DNA of 63,820 nt, counting the filler, from Guillardia theta CCMP2712 (lineage: Eukaryota > Protista > Cryptophyta): the NCBI RefSeq assembly GCF_000315625.1. It is 6 parts of 6 records of this genome, joined end to end, with 100 filler letters (N's around TTAATTAATTAA, not from the genome) between each part and the next. Parts side by side here need not be neighbours in the genome. Positions count along the whole stretch, not along the records: positions 58,530 to 63,820 come from NW_005434598.1; 5 more parts are not named here. The stretch is one strand, 5' to 3'. The notes below the pieces were generated by a model. It was not told the DNA's origin. It did no database searches and saw only the letters and a program-made list of their open reading frames with translations. The translations under genes were made by a program, and so were the position numbers. Below are positions 60,111 to 63,820 of the stretch, piece after piece. Position 1 is the stretch's first letter, and each line of letters opens with the position of its first letter.

Positions 60111-61680
60111 CGTCAGCACCCCGCGCCGTTTCGGCAAGACCATCTCCGTCTGCACAAAGGTGCAGTCCTGCGAGGAGGAGCAGCTGCAGATCTCACTCAT
60201 CGCCTCGGAGAACATTGCGGCCGCCCTGGGGCTATAGGGGGCCTTGGACCGGAAGGTTTGGAACGATCCTCCTCAGTAATGGATTTCTCCCGGACGGGGC
60301 AGGACCAGTGTGCGACCCCGTCACGGCGTTGCCCGAGGGGCTGTAGTCGCTGCGCGAGTCGATGTCGTAGGTCTTGAGCCAGCCCATGGTCTTCCACGAC
60401 CTTGGCACTGCTTGAGCGTCTCGCCGTTGGAGTAAGGGAGGCAGTTCCATCAAGTTCCTGCTGACGGCATTGGGCGTGATCCACAGCTGGTTGTAGAGGG
60501 CCTTGCTGCTGCATGAGGTCAGGCCGATCAGGTTGCGGTCCGATGCGGTGAAGCCCATCACGCCCTCGTCCAGCATGCGGTACCGGCCTCACCTCCAGCA
60601 ACACGCTCTGATTCGCAGACCTCAGCGGGCACTTGGACAGGGCGTCGGCATAGTCGGATGCGCAGAACACCTCCGTCTTGTTGCTGAGGATGACGGAGAT
60701 GGCGCACCTCCTGCTGGTGCCCGTGGGGCGGTACGGGCACGGGGGTCGGCGGCGAGGACCCCAACGCGGACAGGTTCTACGGGTCGCTGTACAAGGACAA
60801 CATGACAACGTGGTACCCGGCATGGGTGGACTGCTACAACGTCAACGGAATTGCCAAGAGCTTGTTACAGGTCAAGACGGGGGGTGGCAGGTGGTGTCTT
60901 GAGCTTGCCGTCCCGGAGGATCGATAGGTAGCGGTGTAGGAAATCCCTGTTGCTCCCGCTCAGCAGCGCCTCGTCGGTGCGCCTCACGCCCTGCAGTATG
61001 ACATCCAGTTCGTTATCGAGGAAGATCCGATCGATGTTGGGGAAGGTGTAGAACAGCACCCCCAGGGTTGAAGGTTTAAGCATGAAGTTGATCGCCTAGG
61101 TCCGGGTCGGTGGGGTAGGTCCCGTCGTCGTAGGGCACCGGGTCCGTGTAGAGGATCTTGTTCAGCTTGCGCAGGTGGACGTAGGAGAGGTTGAGCAACT
61201 CGGGATGCCCCGGGTATCCCATGGCCTCCGCGACGATGGCCTTTGCAAGGTTGTCGTAGATGGCCATGCTGAGATCCGCGGCGCTGAGGCTGATCTGCGA
61301 GCTGCTCTCGGGAAAGAGGGCGTCGGCGCTGAGGAGGAAGTCCTGCATGGTCTTGGGCCTGTTATCCGCGTTCCTCCCGTTCTAGGCGTACAGGGTCGTG
61401 TGCGGGTAGAAGTAGCTGGCCACCCCCGGCTGGAGCTCATAGGCGTACCAGCCCTGGGGCTCGTTGGCGCTCTGGTGCAACCATGGGGTCCTTCCGGCAG
61501 GGTATCCTGTCGTTGAGCTCGCGGTCGGTGGGGTTGAGTTGCCGTTGTTCGAGATCCGGATGATCTTTCGGCTCTCCACCTTGTAGACATTGACGTAGAA
61601 GTCCTGCCTTGTGCATATCTGCAGCTGCGAGCACATGTGGATGGCCTGCGGGACGTGCTCAAAGTCGTCCTCCCCCGCCC
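60111..61680. pseudogene. Mosaic of intronless coding-like fragments on both strands, probably virus-derived, including a terminase-like Walker A
   Basis: C/G-ending codon bias changes strand and frame about ten times; STPRRFGKTISV at the left end. Confidence 0.65.
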
Positions 61681-62294
61681 ACCCGAGAGGCAGAGAGAGA
61701 AGGGGAGAGAGGGGGAGAGAGGGAGAGGGAGAGAGGAGCGGAAGGGTAGGGAGATGGCGAGAGGGAGAGGGAGAGGGGATAGGGAGAGGGAAAGCAGCAA
61801 AGAAAAAGAGCCTTTCCTGCTCTTCCTCTCCCTGTTATGCTCGCCAACTGCCATGCAATACTCTCCCTCTCCTTCTCGCCTTCCTCTCCCTCTCCTCCCT
61901 CTCTCCCTCTCTTCCTCTCCCCCTCCCCCTCTTCCTCCAGAGAGTGAGAGCAGCAGAGGGAGAGAGTGGAAGAGGGAGAAGGGGAGGGAGACAGATTGAA
62001 GAAGAGAGGGAGGGAGGGAGGGAGGGAGGTTAAAAAGGGTAGAGCAGGTAGACGAGAGGAGAGGATTGAGGGAGGGAGGGAGGGAGGGGAGAGAGCCGAT
62101 GAGTTGAGAGAGAAAGAGAGATAGTGCTGGATAGAAATAGAGGAGAATGAGAGAGAAGAGAGAGAGGGACGAAGAAGGAGAAGGAGAAGGAGAAGGAGAA
62201 GGAGGAGACGAGAGAGAGAGGCAGATACAGAGAGAGGGAGGGAGGCAGGGAAAAAGTGGGAGGGAGGGAGTAGAGGAGGGGTCTCCTTCTCCTT

Positions 62295-63230
62295 AACCTC
62301 CCACGCCCCTCAAGGCCTCTACTAAGGAGAGCAAGATGAGCTTTTCAGCCGCAAATCATCATCAAGTATCAATACATCGCTCCCACTGACTCCGACGGGC
62401 CGGCCGGGCAGTCAAAGGAGGATGAGATTTACTCTCATAGTTTATCAGGCTGGTACCTGTGAGCCAACCGCCGTTCTTCCAGGCGTTAGTCCGTCTCGGA
62501 GTCCCCGGGGGCCGGGCGAACCGCTAGCCCGACTGAGCATGATACCAAGCCTTGCCATACGGTCACCGTACGGAACTCGGAACTCAGTGACTGCCGAGTG
62601 CTATGTGACGCCGCACTGAAGCCGGGGGGCTCAGTGAAGCCCAGACGCCGTGCGGAGCCGCCGGGGTCCGAGAGTCCCCGGCGAACGGCGGCGTCGCTCG
62701 GACTCGGGACCGCCGGGGGGACTCGGAAGCTCGCGCGGCGATTCGTCCGGCCCGGCCCGCGACTCATGTTTCGTGAGTCATGCCCTGCGATGACAGACGG
62801 TTGTTCGGAAGGCCACCCGGCAGACTCGGGCCCGCCGCTATTCGGTCACTGGGTCGCGTACCCGCCGGTCCGGTGAGATGCCGTCGTATTGGTAGCTTGA
62901 TGATTTCAACATGGACCCGAAGCCTTCAACATCACTGGCATACGGTAGGCTTTGCCTGGCAGCCGCTCCAGCGCCCGCCGGGCCCGCCGGCCGCCGAAGG
63001 CACTCATTACTAACTTCGAGTCTGGATGCGGTCACGGAAGGTATCACCACTGCTGAGCATCTTCGACTCTACAGGCTGCCAGTGATTGTCCTCGTGAAAC
63101 CAGCGCGGCCGCGAGACGGACCGCAGGGCAGGGCCCGGGCCGCAGTCCGCCGACAATGACTCCGTGACTCCGTGACTCAATAATTGATCCTCGTACGGTG
63201 ACTCGGAAGGCCTGAGGCCACGGCTAAAAT
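62295..63230 (+). repeat. Long direct repeat unit, copy 2
   Basis: Homologous to 58709-59870. Confidence 0.9.
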
Positions 63231-63752
63231 GAGTCCATGAGTCAATGACTCTATGACTCAATGACTCAATGACTGAATGTCTCAATGGCTCAATGACGCA
63301 ATGACTCTATGACTCTATGACTCTATGACTCTATGACTCTATGACTGATTAACTTTATGTGGTGTGACTCAATGACTCTATGACGCTCTATGACTGAATG
63401 ACTCTATGACTGAATGACTCTATGACTCTATGACTCTATGACTCTATGACTCTATGACTCTATGACTCAGTGACTCTATAACTCTATGACTGATTAACCC
63501 AATGATCCATATCTCTATGACTCTATGACGCTCTATGACTGAATAACTCAATGACTGAATGACTGAATGACGCAATGACTCTATGACTGTATGACTGAAT
63601 GACGCAATGACTCTATGACTGTATGATTGAATGACTGAATGACTCTATGACTCCATGGCTCCATGGCTCCATGACTCTATGAATCAAGTTATAGAGTCAT
63701 TGAGTCATTGAGTCATTGAGTCCTTGAGTCATTGAGTCATCGAGTCAGTCAG
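63156..63752. repeat. TGACTC(T/A)A 8-mer array followed by an inverted (TGAGTCAT)n array
   Basis: Direct array to about 63680, then reverse-complement units at 63692-63752. Confidence 0.9.
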
Positions 63753-63820
63753 TACTTAGTCTGTAAACGGTCGACCCGGGGGCTCATGCCTCAGCGTCAC
63801 CCTCGAGGCTCATTCATAGA

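Noticed and set aside
59720-63752. TGACTC arrays as a CRISPR array
   Set aside because: 8-mer tandem units without regular unique spacers, no cas genes, eukaryotic context

Overview
Eukaryotic, intron-rich algal nuclear DNA. Short GT-AG introns full of purine/pyrimidine microsatellites, a TTTAGGG telomere, RWP-RK paralogues and bipartite-type presequences suggest a cryptophyte such as Guillardia (inference). The window joins six contigs/scaffolds with artificial 100-bp N44-TTAATTAATTAA-N44 linkers, so adjacency across a linker means nothing. Recognisable genes: AGC kinase, bacterial-like SAM methyltransferase, 2OG-Fe(II) oxygenase, Kelch protein, pirin, a subtelomeric NYN-type RNase and three RWP-RK factors, a tandem-PDZ protein, an MFS transporter and a bHLH-PAS-like protein. 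The most unusual locus is the last contig (58530-63820). It holds two direct copies of a repeat unit (GA tract, conserved head, GC-rich island, TGACTC array) around about 1.6 kb of coding-like fragments stitched together in both orientations. The first fragment is a herpes-like terminase Walker A motif (STPRRFGKT), and all three strand switches sit on GGGGT/ACCCC. This is a candidate archive of captured viral fragments. Two further non-coding classes recur across the window: GC-rich islands that diverge by short insertions, and GGGT/ACCC-punctuated tracts.
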